The notes: a model not told the origin generated them from the sequence alone. Shown: positions 1 to 10,344, counted from the whole stretch's first letter. The stretch: DNA of 63,108 bases, filler included, from a candidate division TA06 bacterium SM23_40 (GCA_001303705.1; 5 parts of 5 records of this genome joined end to end with filler, not necessarily neighbours in it), one strand, 5' to 3'. Translations and numbers: made by a program.

Positions 1-26
1 TGTCTGCCCGGGGGAGATTCGGTGCG

Positions 27-989
27 ATGAGAGTGTCGGTCGTCACGACTGTGAAGAACGAGGAGGCGACGATCGGAGAGTATCTCTCTGCTCTCGCCGC
101 ACAGTCGCGTACGCCGGATGAGGTCGTGATCGTGGACGGCGGCTCGAGCGATGAAACGGTGGCGGCGATCCGCGAGCGACACCTCTCTGGTATCGCCGTG
201 GAGGTGATCGAGGAGCCCGGCGCGAACATCGCACGGGGGAGAAACATCGGTATCGCACGAGCGAGTTCCGAAGTCATAGCGGTGACTGATTCGGGATGCA
301 GGCCCGATGGGAGCTGGCTGGAGAACCTCCTGCGACCCCTCGATGAGGATCCCTCAGTCGATGTCGTTGCAGGCGTGGTCCTCGGGGATGCCCGCACGCC
401 GTTCGAGCAGTGTGTCGTCGATGTGGCCGTCGTCGACCCGGCACTCTTCGATGAGGAGAGATTCCATCCCATCTCACGAAATGTTGCGTTTCGCAAGAGC
501 GCGTGGCAGAGGGTGGGTGGGTACCCTGAGTGGCTGTATACCGCAGAGGATACTCTGTTCAGCGTTCTGTTGAGAGAAGCGGGGTGCCGGATCAGGTTGG
601 CACGGGACGCGCGTGTGTACTGGCGACCGCGTGGGACATTCCGCCAGCTCTTCAGGCAGTACTTCCTGTACGGCGTCGGGAACGGGAGGGCCAATCTCTT
701 TCCGCCCGAATATCGCAGGCGAATCATCTCTCACGTGCTGGCTCTGGGCGGCGTGGTCGTGCTGGTCATCGCAGGGAGCATCTGGCTCTGGGCTGCAGCC
801 GTGGTACTACTCCTATTATATCTTCACCGTCGGTCTCCCCGCTCCCGCCGAGGGCTGAGGCGGTATCTCATGCTGCAGGCAGTGCGCCGCGTGCGCTTCA
901 GTGCAGAGATGTTGGGCTACGCTGTGGGCACCCTGAGACGGCTCCTGGCTCCGGGTGAACGTCGCCCGAAGCGGCGCATCTTGACATAG
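27..989 (+). CDS. Glycosyltransferase family 2 with C-terminal membrane segment
   Basis: VSVV..VKNEE, VIVDGGSSD, NIARGRN, TDSG (DxD-like), GGYPE..AED; hydrophobic C-terminus. Confidence 0.92.
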   Translation: MRVSVVTTVKNEEATIGEYLSALAAQSRTPDEVVIVDGGSSDETVAAIRERHLSGIAVEVIEEPGANIARGRNIGIARASSEVIAVTDSGCRPDGSWLENLLRPLDEDPSVDVVAGVVLGDARTPFEQCVVDVAVVDPALFDEERFHPISRNVAFRKSAWQRVGGYPEWLYTAEDTLFSVLLREAGCRIRLARDARVYWRPRGTFRQLFRQYFLYGVGNGRANLFPPEYRRRIISHVLALGGVVVLVIAGSIWLWAAAVVLLLLYLHRRSPRSRRGLRRYLMLQAVRRVRFSAEMLGYAVGTLRRLLAPGERRPKRRILT

Positions 990-1072
990 AGGGCCTGACG
1001 CCGGAGACCCGTCCTGGCATGAGGGAAGGGGCTGCGCATCGGTCGGAAGGCAGGGAGACGAGGCGTTGGACC

Positions 1073-2371
1073 ATGAACGAGACGGGCATTGACAGACTGC
1101 TCATCATAACCTATGTGGATCATGGGAAAGATGCCAACCAGCGGACACATCATCTGGTCGACTATTTCAAACATCGCTGTCGGGAAGTGGTCGTTGTCTA
1201 TCGCGGAGGGCCGGTACCTCGTTCAAAGCGGTCGGAGCTTCTCGGGCTCGCCAGGTGCAGGTTATTGTGGTCGGCGAGCGAGAACGTGCGAATCCTGAGA
1301 GTCGAGCCACCGCTCAACTACACATATGGCCTGGGGATGAAGCTCCTCGGGTATGAAGGAGTCGACACGAGTGTTCAGCGGGGAATTCGGGGTCTGGTGG
1401 GGAAGATACTGCGCAGAGCGGGAGGGCTGAGACACTGGGTCGCTCCCCTCGCCGTCTGGCTCGGCACGGCGCTGGAGGTCCCGGGGCGTTTCGATGTCTG
1501 CATATCCGAAGGACCGTGGGAGACCTGTCTCGGTTACGTACTTCGACGCCTGGGACGCGTGCGTCTGCTCATCTATGAAGATGTAGATTTTCTTGGTGGG
1601 CTGGGCAGCACACTGTATGACCGGGCGACTCACGCCCTGGAGGTCTTCTGCGGGAAGCAGGCTGACATGACGATCGCCGCCGGGAACCTTCTTGCGCAGC
1701 TTCGTGAGAGACAGACCGGGAGGCGGCCTATCGTCGTCCATAATGGTGTCGACTACAGGGCGTTCGTCCGCGCTCAGAAGAGGGAGCCGCACCCGCCCAC
1801 GCTCATTTACACGGGGATGATCAGCGATTGGTCCGCGCTCGACGTAGCGATTGCGGCCCTGCCTCGAATCCGCCAGAGTGTGAGCGGAATCCGCCTGTTC
1901 ATAGTGGGCACTGGCATCTCACGTCACGAAGAGTGGCTGAGGCAACTGGCGAGGGACATGGGTGTGGAGCACGAGGTTTCTTTCTTTGGACGGAAGCCGT
2001 ATCACGAGCTACCTCTCTATCTGCGCCAGGCTGATATCGGGCTCGCCAACTTCCGACTCACGCCGTTCAGGAAGTATGCGTTTCCGCTCAAGGTGATCGA
2101 GTACATGGCGGCGGGGCTGCCGGTCATAGGCACGAAAGAATCGGAGACCGCAGACATCATTACGAGGTACAGGTGTGGCACAGCGATCGACTGTTCGCCG
2201 GAGGCGCTAGCCGAAAGTGTTGTCGATCTACTGAGCGATAGCGCGAAGTACAGGCGCATGGCCGCGAGCGCCAGCGAAGCGAGCGCTGCATTTGACTGGG
2301 AACGGGTGCTCGCGCAGGAGTACTGGCATATCACTAGAGCCTTGACCCATCGAGGACTGCGGAGGATATGA
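1073..2371 (+). CDS. Glycosyltransferase family 4 (GT-B)
   Basis: HNGVD, LIYTG, PLKVIEYMAAGLPVI, FDW; start at ATG 1073 chosen (ORF is open from 1019). Confidence 0.9.
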   Translation: MNETGIDRLLIITYVDHGKDANQRTHHLVDYFKHRCREVVVVYRGGPVPRSKRSELLGLARCRLLWSASENVRILRVEPPLNYTYGLGMKLLGYEGVDTSVQRGIRGLVGKILRRAGGLRHWVAPLAVWLGTALEVPGRFDVCISEGPWETCLGYVLRRLGRVRLLIYEDVDFLGGLGSTLYDRATHALEVFCGKQADMTIAAGNLLAQLRERQTGRRPIVVHNGVDYRAFVRAQKREPHPPTLIYTGMISDWSALDVAIAALPRIRQSVSGIRLFIVGTGISRHEEWLRQLARDMGVEHEVSFFGRKPYHELPLYLRQADIGLANFRLTPFRKYAFPLKVIEYMAAGLPVIGTKESETADIITRYRCGTAIDCSPEALAESVVDLLSDSAKYRRMAASASEASAAFDWERVLAQEYWHITRALTHRGLRRI

Positions 2372-3406
2372 AGATCGGTCTCGACACATCATACGTCGGC
2401 CTCTCCGGGAATCCTAGAGGCGGCGCATACCAGTACATCGTCAACTTGACGCAGGCGATCCTCTCCGTCGACCACGAGAATGAATACCGGCTTTCGTTCA
2501 ACTACGTTCGTCGGAAGCATGCCCGCACCTTGAATGAGGTCAAAAGGCTCTTCCCAGGCGGGCGGTGCATCGTCAGACGGATTCCTTTTCGCAGTTGGAT
2601 CCCCTATCCAGCAGAGTTCTACGTTGGAAGGGTTGATGTCTTTCATGGCATGTATGAGAGCCTCCCCCCCGTGCTTGAGTGCCGTACTGTGGTCACGGTC
2701 CACGATTCCGCATACAAGAGGCGACCCGACTCGCTCCGGCCTGAGTGGGTGCAGCGCCTGGGAAGACAGATCCCGGAGGCGATCGGCCGCGCGGACCTTG
2801 TGATCACCGTCTCCCGATTCACCAAGGGCGATCTAGAGGAGATGTTGGGTGTACCAGAGGAGAAGATCAGGGTGATCTACCATGGGGCGAATTCCGCATT
2901 TTTCCGCATTGCGAGTGAACCGGTCGAGGCGTCGGAGTCGGTCAGGATGGCATATGGGATCCGGCGCCCATATATCCTCTACGTCGGGGTGCTTCAACCG
3001 AGCAAGAACATCGGCGGGCTCGTGGAGGCGTTCGCCCGGCTCAAGGCGAGGATCGATATCCCACATCGTCTCGTCATCGTGGGAGCCAGGGGGTGGATGT
3101 ATGAAGACATCTTCGTGAAGATGCAGGAATCGGGGGTGGAGGATGTAGTCGATTTTCCGGGTGAAGTGCAGGACGCCGGTGGTAGCGGCCCGGGCGTGCT
3201 CGCTTCCGGAGGTGGTGGGAGATGCCGGCGTGCTGGCAGATCCCCATTCCCCGGAGGAGATCGCGAGGGCAATGGAGCGTGTCGTCACTGATGAACAACT
3301 GCGGCGTGATCTGAGGGTCAGGGGGACAAAGCGCGCCAGCACGTTCACCTGGGAGGAGGCGGCGAGGCAGACGATCGATGTGTATCGGGAGGCGTCCGCT
3401 CTGTAG
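2368..3406 (+). pseudogene. GT4 (mannosyltransferase/MtfB-like) broken by a frameshifting internal deletion near 3160-3166 (real lesion or assembly error)
   Basis: N-part MKIGLD..TVHD..ITVSRFTK..LYVG..KN in ORF 2368-3291; C-part CRTPVVA..SLPEVVGDAG..FTWEEAA in another frame (3161-3406); the PSxxEGFGLPxLEAM segment is absent. Confidence 0.8.
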
Positions 3407-3418
3407 CGAGGAGTTACG

Positions 3419-4744
3419 ATGCGACGGCTATTGATCGTGACGGAAATGGATCTCTGGGCGTTTCCCAACCAGAGGACACATCACCTCGTTCGTCACCTCT
3501 CTCCGAAATTTGATGAGATCGTCGTGCTTTGTTGTTCGAAGGTAACCGACAGATCGTTTGTCGGGCAACTGAAGGGTCTCATGATGCGCACACAGGTGCT
3601 GCCGCTGGGCGATGCGACCCTAGTCCGGATCAATCCGTTTCTCAATCACGTCGAGAGCCTCGGGTTGACGATGCTGGGGCTGGAGAGCCCCTACAGCGAG
3701 CGGAGGAGGGGAGTACGGAGAGTGGTGAGTAGCATCTTGAGCAACATTGGCTGTGTCGCCGAGTTCGCAATACTCCCGTCTCTCCTTCTCACGTTCTTAC
3801 TCAGGGCGAGGGGGCGGTTCGATGTCTGCATCGCGGAGGGGCCGTGGGAGGCGGCGTTGGGCATGATCCTGCGACGGATGGGGTACCTCAAGTTGCTCGT
3901 CTATGATGATATCGATTTCACCCCTGGTTATCATTCCATTAGCCGGTTCAGGCGGAACTACCGCCTCTTGATGGAGCGGTGGTCGATGAAAAGTTCCGAC
4001 CTCATCACGGCAGTCGGAGACCTGTTGGCCGAACTGAGACACAAGCTGACTGGCAAGCCTGTGACGGTAGTGCCGAACGGCGTCGACCTGGAGCACTTCA
4101 GTCGCGCACAGAAGAAGGTTGCCCATCGGCCGACGCTGGTGTATACTGGAAATGTTGCCGGGTGGGCTGGGATCGACCTCGCCATAGAGGCGCTCCCCCT
4201 GATCGCCGAGCGTATATCCGACATCCGCCTTCTCGTCGTCGGCTTCAGTTCGCCTGAATACAGTGCAGTGATGGAGTCGCTGGTGGAGAAGTCCGGTGTT
4301 AGGGGTCATTTCTCCTATGTGGGGCAGAAGGAATACCGAGAACTTCCGGAGTTCCTGAGGCAGAGTGACATCGGGCTTGCGGTCTTTCGTCCTGTTGAGG
4401 TGCGGAAGTATGCGTTCTCACTCAAGGTGATTGAGTACATGGCAGCGGGGTTGCCGGTCATCGTCACCTGCGGGACGCAATCGGAACGAGTCGTCGAGCG
4501 CTATCGCTGCGGCGAGGCGATCGATTTCGATCCCCAAGCGTTCGCCGATTGTGCAATCCGGATGATACTGGATAGGGAACGCTACCACCGTTATGTAGAG
4601 AATGGCATCCGGGCAAGCAGAGAGTTTGCCTGGCCTGCTCTTGTCGAGCGGGAGTACGATCTTATTGCAGAGAGCTATGCCCAGCGCTTCTGTAGCGCTG
4701 GCAATATCCATCGAGGGGAGGTACACAAGCCATATGCGGCGTAG
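3419..4744 (+). CDS. Glycosyltransferase family 4, paralog of 1073-2371
   Basis: PNGVD, LVYTG, LKVIEYMAAGLPVI; shares NQRTHHLV and GRFDVCIxEGPWE with the upstream GT4. Confidence 0.9.
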   Translation: MRRLLIVTEMDLWAFPNQRTHHLVRHLSPKFDEIVVLCCSKVTDRSFVGQLKGLMMRTQVLPLGDATLVRINPFLNHVESLGLTMLGLESPYSERRRGVRRVVSSILSNIGCVAEFAILPSLLLTFLLRARGRFDVCIAEGPWEAALGMILRRMGYLKLLVYDDIDFTPGYHSISRFRRNYRLLMERWSMKSSDLITAVGDLLAELRHKLTGKPVTVVPNGVDLEHFSRAQKKVAHRPTLVYTGNVAGWAGIDLAIEALPLIAERISDIRLLVVGFSSPEYSAVMESLVEKSGVRGHFSYVGQKEYRELPEFLRQSDIGLAVFRPVEVRKYAFSLKVIEYMAAGLPVIVTCGTQSERVVERYRCGEAIDFDPQAFADCAIRMILDRERYHRYVENGIRASREFAWPALVEREYDLIAESYAQRFCSAGNIHRGEVHKPYAA

Positions 4745-6812
4745 CATCATGAGAACTGTTGTCGGACGGAGACACTCTCAAGCAGGTTCTTTGCTGCGTG
4801 GTCTGGCAGTCGGGATGCTTATCTGCTCTTGTGTCGGCTGTGCCACGACTACGGATCACGACGTCGCTGTCGGTGAAGCCGAGGAAGACGCGGGAGCAGG
4901 GGATGAAGAGGGGGTACCCGGTGTCGGCCAGGCAATCCGTATCGATACGGTGCGCATCGATTGTGGATCTCCAGGTGATCCGATCGGCGCCGTCTTTCGC
5001 CCCGGAGTGCAGGTTCATTTCTTCGGGCCCGGGATCGATAGAATGTTCCGTCAATTCCTCGAAGATATGCGTGTCGGCGTCGTCAGGATTCGGATTGAGG
5101 GCGCGTTGCGCTACTCTACGAGTTACGCTGAGTTTCGCCAACACGTATCCGATCACGATCGACGAATCCGTGCCGTCATCGATCGCGGAGGTCAGGTGAT
5201 CATCCAGCTGCATCAGATGCCCCGGTGGCTGTCGAGCGTAAGATCGGAGGATCCAATTCCGGGCCGCAACGATCCGCGCTATCTCATCGCTCCTCCGCGT
5301 GACTATGCTCTGTGGGAGGATGTGGTCTATGAGGTCGTCAAACACTTCAACCGAGACCTGGGCCTGGACCTCCTCTACGAGATCTGGAACGAGCCTGAAT
5401 TCGCCACCATGTGGAGTGGCAATATGGAAGACTACTTCAAGCTCTACCGCCACGCGGTGATCGGCGCCAGAGGTGCGGATCCGGACGCGCGAGTGGGTGG
5501 CCCGGCGCTGGGATGGTGGAGTTCCGGCTACGGGCTCCCAGGTCGTCTTCTTGAAGAGCAGGGAAAGGATGCACTGAAACAGAGTATACTCTATCAATGG
5601 CTCGCATATGCGAGTTCGACCGCTCTGCCCGAAATGAAGATGGATCGACTGCCGGTCGATTTTGTGAGCTGGCATCAGTATATCGACCAGACCTCCTATG
5701 TTGGCACGCCGGTCAAGACGATCAGAGACTGGCTGGAGGAGTTCGGATATGGTCGTGACACGCCGCTCATTATTGATGAGTGGAATAGTGGCGGTCCACG
5801 ATTTCACGATCCAAGACGGGATACTCCTTACGGTGCTGCCTTTAGCGCAGCGATGATCGTGGAGATGGATAGGGCAGGTCTCGATGGGCATTCGTTCTTC
5901 GAACTCCGGAGTGACTGGCCCGAGGACCCGCAGTTCACAGGCGATCTCGGACTCGTGACACCTATCGGGATCGTCAAACCGGCCTACAATGCCTTCCGTC
6001 TGATCTCGATGCTCGACGGCAGACGTCTTGACACAGAGAGGAGTGCTGAGTCATCTCTCGGCATTGTGGCGTCGCGGAACGAGGAGCAGATATGTCTCCT
6101 AGTCGTGAATTTTCTCACGGGCGACTCTCCCTTCCGCGAGGCGGGGAGATTTCTTACCGAGCGCGGTTATCAACAGGAGGATCTAAGGCGCCTTGGCCTG
6201 ACAGCGAAGGAGTTGCATCTGATTTTTCAGGGCAGGAGGAATACGGACGGACTGAGGCTCAGCCCGGCAGAACGTGAGGATCTGGATGCCGCTGCTGCTC
6301 TCTATGAGCAAGTAGGAGAGCTCGTCAGCTCGAGTCGTACGGTGGTGCTCGAATTCGTCGATGTTCCCTACGATTCCATCGTGCTTTGCGAGCGCTATCT
6401 GATCGATGAGGAACATGCCGGTCTTCACCGGGAGCAGGCAAGGATCGAGAAATACCTCGAGGGGTTGAAAGAACTGAGCAAGGAGGCCGCGCTCGACTAT
6501 CTCAGGCGTCGCGGATACTCGGCGGTCGAACTCGATCGATGGAGACGTGACTCCCAGGCCGCTGTCGATGCTTACCAACAGGCTCGCGGCAAGCGGCGGC
6601 AAGACCTCGGTGCCGCGCTTGAGCTGTTCCGAGAAGAGCGCCGTCGGAGATTAGCACAGGGTGTCAGAGAGATTAACCAATGGGATGGCGTAGCCCTGAA
6701 GCCCGAAATAGAGCGGTGTCGGCTAATCGACCGGACGGTCACAATCAGAGTGACACTCGAACCACAGGCGGTGAGCCTCATTTCGCTGCGTCCGGTGGCA
6801 TCCCGCCGGTGA
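4734..6812 (+). CDS. GH39-like (clan GH-A) glycoside hydrolase, predicted lipoprotein
   Basis: Signal peptide ending CVG-C; YEIWNEP acid/base motif, VGGPA, VDFVSWH, IIDEWN nucleophile motif, KPAYNAF; ATG 4734 follows GGGAGGT. Confidence 0.8.
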   Translation: MRRSIMRTVVGRRHSQAGSLLRGLAVGMLICSCVGCATTTDHDVAVGEAEEDAGAGDEEGVPGVGQAIRIDTVRIDCGSPGDPIGAVFRPGVQVHFFGPGIDRMFRQFLEDMRVGVVRIRIEGALRYSTSYAEFRQHVSDHDRRIRAVIDRGGQVIIQLHQMPRWLSSVRSEDPIPGRNDPRYLIAPPRDYALWEDVVYEVVKHFNRDLGLDLLYEIWNEPEFATMWSGNMEDYFKLYRHAVIGARGADPDARVGGPALGWWSSGYGLPGRLLEEQGKDALKQSILYQWLAYASSTALPEMKMDRLPVDFVSWHQYIDQTSYVGTPVKTIRDWLEEFGYGRDTPLIIDEWNSGGPRFHDPRRDTPYGAAFSAAMIVEMDRAGLDGHSFFELRSDWPEDPQFTGDLGLVTPIGIVKPAYNAFRLISMLDGRRLDTERSAESSLGIVASRNEEQICLLVVNFLTGDSPFREAGRFLTERGYQQEDLRRLGLTAKELHLIFQGRRNTDGLRLSPAEREDLDAAAALYEQVGELVSSSRTVVLEFVDVPYDSIVLCERYLIDEEHAGLHREQARIEKYLEGLKELSKEAALDYLRRRGYSAVELDRWRRDSQAAVDAYQQARGKRRQDLGAALELFREERRRRLAQGVREINQWDGVALKPEIERCRLIDRTVTIRVTLEPQAVSLISLRPVASRR

Positions 6813-6846
6813 TTCGACAGAGCAGACAGCGAATGGTGTTGATCGT

Positions 6847-8325
6847 ATGATGCGTGCAGGTGCAACGCATGGTGGGCTCGTCAAATGGCTACCGCGTCCG
6901 GCATACCTTATTACTGCTCTGGTCGGCGGTCTGGGTATCGGGGCATTGGTTGCCGTAGAGCCGTACGTCCGTGGAACACTTGAGCTTACCATCAAGGAAT
7001 ACAATCTGCTGGACCTCTTTCCCTACCAGCTTCTCCTGTTGATTCTCGGCGCGGCAATGGCTCTACTCGTCGTGCCGTATGTGGGCGACAATCGTATCGA
7101 GCGGTTCATCGTGTTTCTCCTTTTCTTGCCGCCTCACTTCAGAGGCTTAACGGTAATTACTGGTCCAGCGGTTACAGTCCTGGCGCTCGCTTTTCTTCTC
7201 GAGAGGAGGTTCTACTACCGGGATACAAGCTGGAATCCTACGCCGGTCTACATACTTGCTCTGGCAACGGTCCCGATGAACTTCGTCTCTGTATCCGTCG
7301 TTGGCGGCGCAGTAGGATGGGTCCGGGAGGGGACAATCGAGTCACTTCACGTCATTCTGCTGTTCATCCTGATCAATGCGATCATCACCAGGGAGCGGCT
7401 CAAGAGTTGTTTTCGCTATCTCGTGGGGATAGGCGTCTTCTCCTCTATCGTGGCTATCGTCACTTTCTTGCTTTACATGTTCACCGGTTTCGGCATCAGC
7501 ACCGCATCTAGTGAGTATCGAATGGGAGAGACGCCATGGGGTGTGACGATGCGTGCAACCGCTTTCGCTGGACACCCAAACAGTCTGGCCATTCTGCTCG
7601 GCGCTCCGGCGGTTATGCTGCTATATCTGGCCCTCTCTCCTCTGGCGCTTTCGAGGCGGCAGCGCCTCGTTCTCCTGGGCGTCACAGGCGTTTTTCTTCT
7701 GGCCATCTATACGACTTTGAGCAGAGGATCGTGGGTGGGAATCGCGGCGGCAATCGCGGTCATGCCGTTCTTCCGTAAGCCTTCCTGGTGGCCGTTTTTT
7801 TTGGCCGTCATCGCGATAGCGATCTCGGTAGGCTTAACGACGGGCATGTTGCAACAAGGTGTCTCTTCGTTCTATGCGTCGTTTGTCGAGCAAAGGGCAG
7901 AGGCAGTTGAGTGCAGGATGTACTATATATGGAGGGGAGTGGGAATTCTCCAGCGCTATCCGCTGACTGGGATCGGGTTGGGGGCCTTCGGACGCTACAA
8001 CCCGGACCCTGCTGCTGTTGGCATTCACAATCTGGAAATGCAACTTGCCACCGAGGTCGGGATCCCCGGTGCTCTGATCCATATGGGTCTCATCATCCTG
8101 GTGACGGTACGGGCCTTCCTGGCAATGCTATCGGCTCGGAGCACTGAGGGACGGACGATAATGCAGATGGTCCTTCTTGCACTCGTGATGACATTGGTAC
8201 ACGGACAGTTTGACATTCTTGCGTTCACATACCATATTTGGTTTGTGCTGGGAATGGCAGAGGCAGCAACTCTCTGTATTAGGCGCAGTGAGGCGGTCGG
8301 GGCTGGACCATCCTTTGCCCGATAG
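6847..8325 (+). CDS. O-antigen ligase / Wzy-like polymerase (Wzy_C)
   Basis: Many TM segments; RATAFAGHPNSLA, TLSRGSW, PLTGIGLGAF, HN..LATEVGIPG. Confidence 0.85.
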   Translation: MMRAGATHGGLVKWLPRPAYLITALVGGLGIGALVAVEPYVRGTLELTIKEYNLLDLFPYQLLLLILGAAMALLVVPYVGDNRIERFIVFLLFLPPHFRGLTVITGPAVTVLALAFLLERRFYYRDTSWNPTPVYILALATVPMNFVSVSVVGGAVGWVREGTIESLHVILLFILINAIITRERLKSCFRYLVGIGVFSSIVAIVTFLLYMFTGFGISTASSEYRMGETPWGVTMRATAFAGHPNSLAILLGAPAVMLLYLALSPLALSRRQRLVLLGVTGVFLLAIYTTLSRGSWVGIAAAIAVMPFFRKPSWWPFFLAVIAIAISVGLTTGMLQQGVSSFYASFVEQRAEAVECRMYYIWRGVGILQRYPLTGIGLGAFGRYNPDPAAVGIHNLEMQLATEVGIPGALIHMGLIILVTVRAFLAMLSARSTEGRTIMQMVLLALVMTLVHGQFDILAFTYHIWFVLGMAEAATLCIRRSEAVGAGPSFAR

Positions 8326-8399
8326 GGCTGTTGGCCGGATCGGAAGACTTTTCGGGAATGTGGATTTATTCTTGCAGCAAGAGTTAAGGGGGTCTTGCA

Positions 8400-9668
8400 G
8401 TGGGAGAGAACGACTTCACTGCCTACCTGCGGGCGATCTGGCGAAAGCGGGGCGTAGTGGCGGTTGTGCTCCTGTCCTCGCTCGTCGGTACGACACTGCT
8501 TACGCGGCAGCTTCCGCCCGCATATGAAGCCAGGGTGACGCTCTACCCTCCAGCCAGACTTACTCAGGAAACCTTCCTCCTGCAACGCATGACACTGCCA
8601 GGTCCGTTCGTTCCGGTTATCAATCCCACCGTTGCGAGAGGTTACGTCGGCATTATGGAGAGTCGGACCGTGGCGGAGGAAGCAGAAAAGCTTGTAGAGG
8701 GAGCTTCGGCCCGCAAGTTCTCGAAAAATTCGAGCTTCCACGTGACGGCCAGGAACTTGATGGAGATTGTGGTGCGCGATCGCGATCCGGAGAAAGCTGC
8801 AGAGATGGCCAATGCTCTCGCCCAAGCCTTCAACCTGGTCTTCATGCGGTTCCGAACGGAAGCTAATGAGCACCTGCGAGAGTTCCTCACCGAACAGCTC
8901 GAGATGGCGAAGAGAGACGTCGAGGTTGCTGAAGACGCGTTGCTCCAATTCGAGCGGGACCGGGGACTCATTCTACCGGATGAGGAATTCTCGCGGCTCG
9001 TCGCAGACATGTCTCGGATTCGAGCAGAACGAAATGATACAGAGATTCGAATCGCCGAGATCGATCGGAATCTCTGGCGGGTGCGTGCGTCCAGCAACGA
9101 CTCTTCGCTTGTTGACATTTCGGAAGAGGTTGCCGTCGATGACCCCACAGTACAGCGGCTGAGAAGCCGCCTGGCGGAGCTCCAGATCGAGCTGGCGCGA
9201 ATGCTGACAGGGCATACGGAGGCCCATCCACGGGTGGTAGCCCTCAGAGCCGAGCTCCAGGAAGCTACGGTGGCTCTTCGGGAGCAAACGATGATCCGTC
9301 TGGAGGGTGAACGCAATTCACTCAGTGCTCTCCATCTTTCGCAGGAGAGCACCCTGCGGAGGATTGAGGAAGACCTCACCCAGATTCCCGAAATCGGAAG
9401 TGATTTCGCTCACCTGACAAGAGAGATAGCCAGACGTCAGGGGATATACGACAGGCTCTTCAGCGAGGTGCAGGAACTCCTCCTGCAGGAGAGCAGAGAG
9501 TGGCAGAGCTTTGTAATCGTCGATTCGGCCATACCTCCGAGGAAACCGGCGTTCCCCGTGTTGTGGATGAATCTTCTGGTAGCTCTCGTCTTTGGCTCAA
9601 TTGGGGCAGTCTTTCTTGCGCTCTTTCTGGACTTCCTGGAGATGCGGCGTGGGATGCATATTGTATGA
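8400..9668 (+). CDS. Polysaccharide co-polymerase (GumC/Wzz-like) without fused tyrosine kinase
   Basis: N- and C-terminal TM, PAYEA, long coiled coil, HTEAHPRVVAL, IVDSAIPP..P; GTG start. Confidence 0.88.
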   Translation: MGENDFTAYLRAIWRKRGVVAVVLLSSLVGTTLLTRQLPPAYEARVTLYPPARLTQETFLLQRMTLPGPFVPVINPTVARGYVGIMESRTVAEEAEKLVEGASARKFSKNSSFHVTARNLMEIVVRDRDPEKAAEMANALAQAFNLVFMRFRTEANEHLREFLTEQLEMAKRDVEVAEDALLQFERDRGLILPDEEFSRLVADMSRIRAERNDTEIRIAEIDRNLWRVRASSNDSSLVDISEEVAVDDPTVQRLRSRLAELQIELARMLTGHTEAHPRVVALRAELQEATVALREQTMIRLEGERNSLSALHLSQESTLRRIEEDLTQIPEIGSDFAHLTREIARRQGIYDRLFSEVQELLLQESREWQSFVIVDSAIPPRKPAFPVLWMNLLVALVFGSIGAVFLALFLDFLEMRRGMHIV

Positions 9669-9735
9669 GGCGGCGCCGCCGAACTCGGGTAGAACCCTCG
9701 CCTGTAGGGCCAGGGTTCCGGAGTGGATAGGGAGT

Positions 9736-9963
9736 ATGGCTCTCACCGAAAACGAGAAGGCGAGGATCAGAGAAGAGGAGCGGAAGGCGGTCTGGTGCCA
9801 GCTCTACCGGCAGGCGCAGGAGCGGGGGGAGGTGCCGCCTGAACCCTTCCTTCTCGCAGATCGGCTCCGTCGGCCCTTAGAGTTCGCAGCTTCGATCATC
9901 GTGGGATTGGTGATGGCGTTGGGTGCGGTCTTCCTGTTGGTGGCACTCCTCCGGCTCATATGA
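9736..9963 (+). CDS. Small hypothetical protein with C-terminal TM helix
   Basis: RBS GGGAG before ATG 9736; charged N-terminus then one hydrophobic helix; fits operon spacing. Confidence 0.6.
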   Translation: MALTENEKARIREEERKAVWCQLYRQAQERGEVPPEPFLLADRLRRPLEFAASIIVGLVMALGAVFLLVALLRLI

Positions 9964-9976
9964 GCAAGGTGGTGTG

Positions 9977-10288
9977 ATGCGACTACGATTGCGCCAGAAG
10001 AGACTACGAAGCGGACAAGGTGTCCCGCTCTCAGAGGCCGAGCAGTATCGTGCGAGTGTGCGCGAGGAGCTGTATCGCGAGCTCGACAAAGAGCGGGAAC
10101 GCCAGCAGGAAGCGGGCCGGTACCCGTACAAGGGCACGTGGAAGAGACGGGAGGAGGTTCTGAGACTCCAGCGTTCCTCCAGAGTGATGCACATCGAGTT
10201 GACGTTCCTGATGCTCCTCGGGTTTCTGTTTGGTCTGTTTGTGATATGGAGGTTCTTTAAGCTGGCGCGGGCAATTCTCTTCCCATGA
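9977..10288 (+). CDS. Small hypothetical protein with C-terminal TM helix
   Basis: AAGGTGG before start; charged helix, YPYKGTW, then one TM helix; fits operon spacing. Confidence 0.6.
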   Translation: MRLRLRQKRLRSGQGVPLSEAEQYRASVREELYRELDKERERQQEAGRYPYKGTWKRREEVLRLQRSSRVMHIELTFLMLLGFLFGLFVIWRFFKLARAILFP

Positions 10289-10344
10289 GTAACCGCGGTG
10301 CTCTCGTCCCCGACAGCGAGGAGCGTAGAGGAGAAGTTCAGGCT

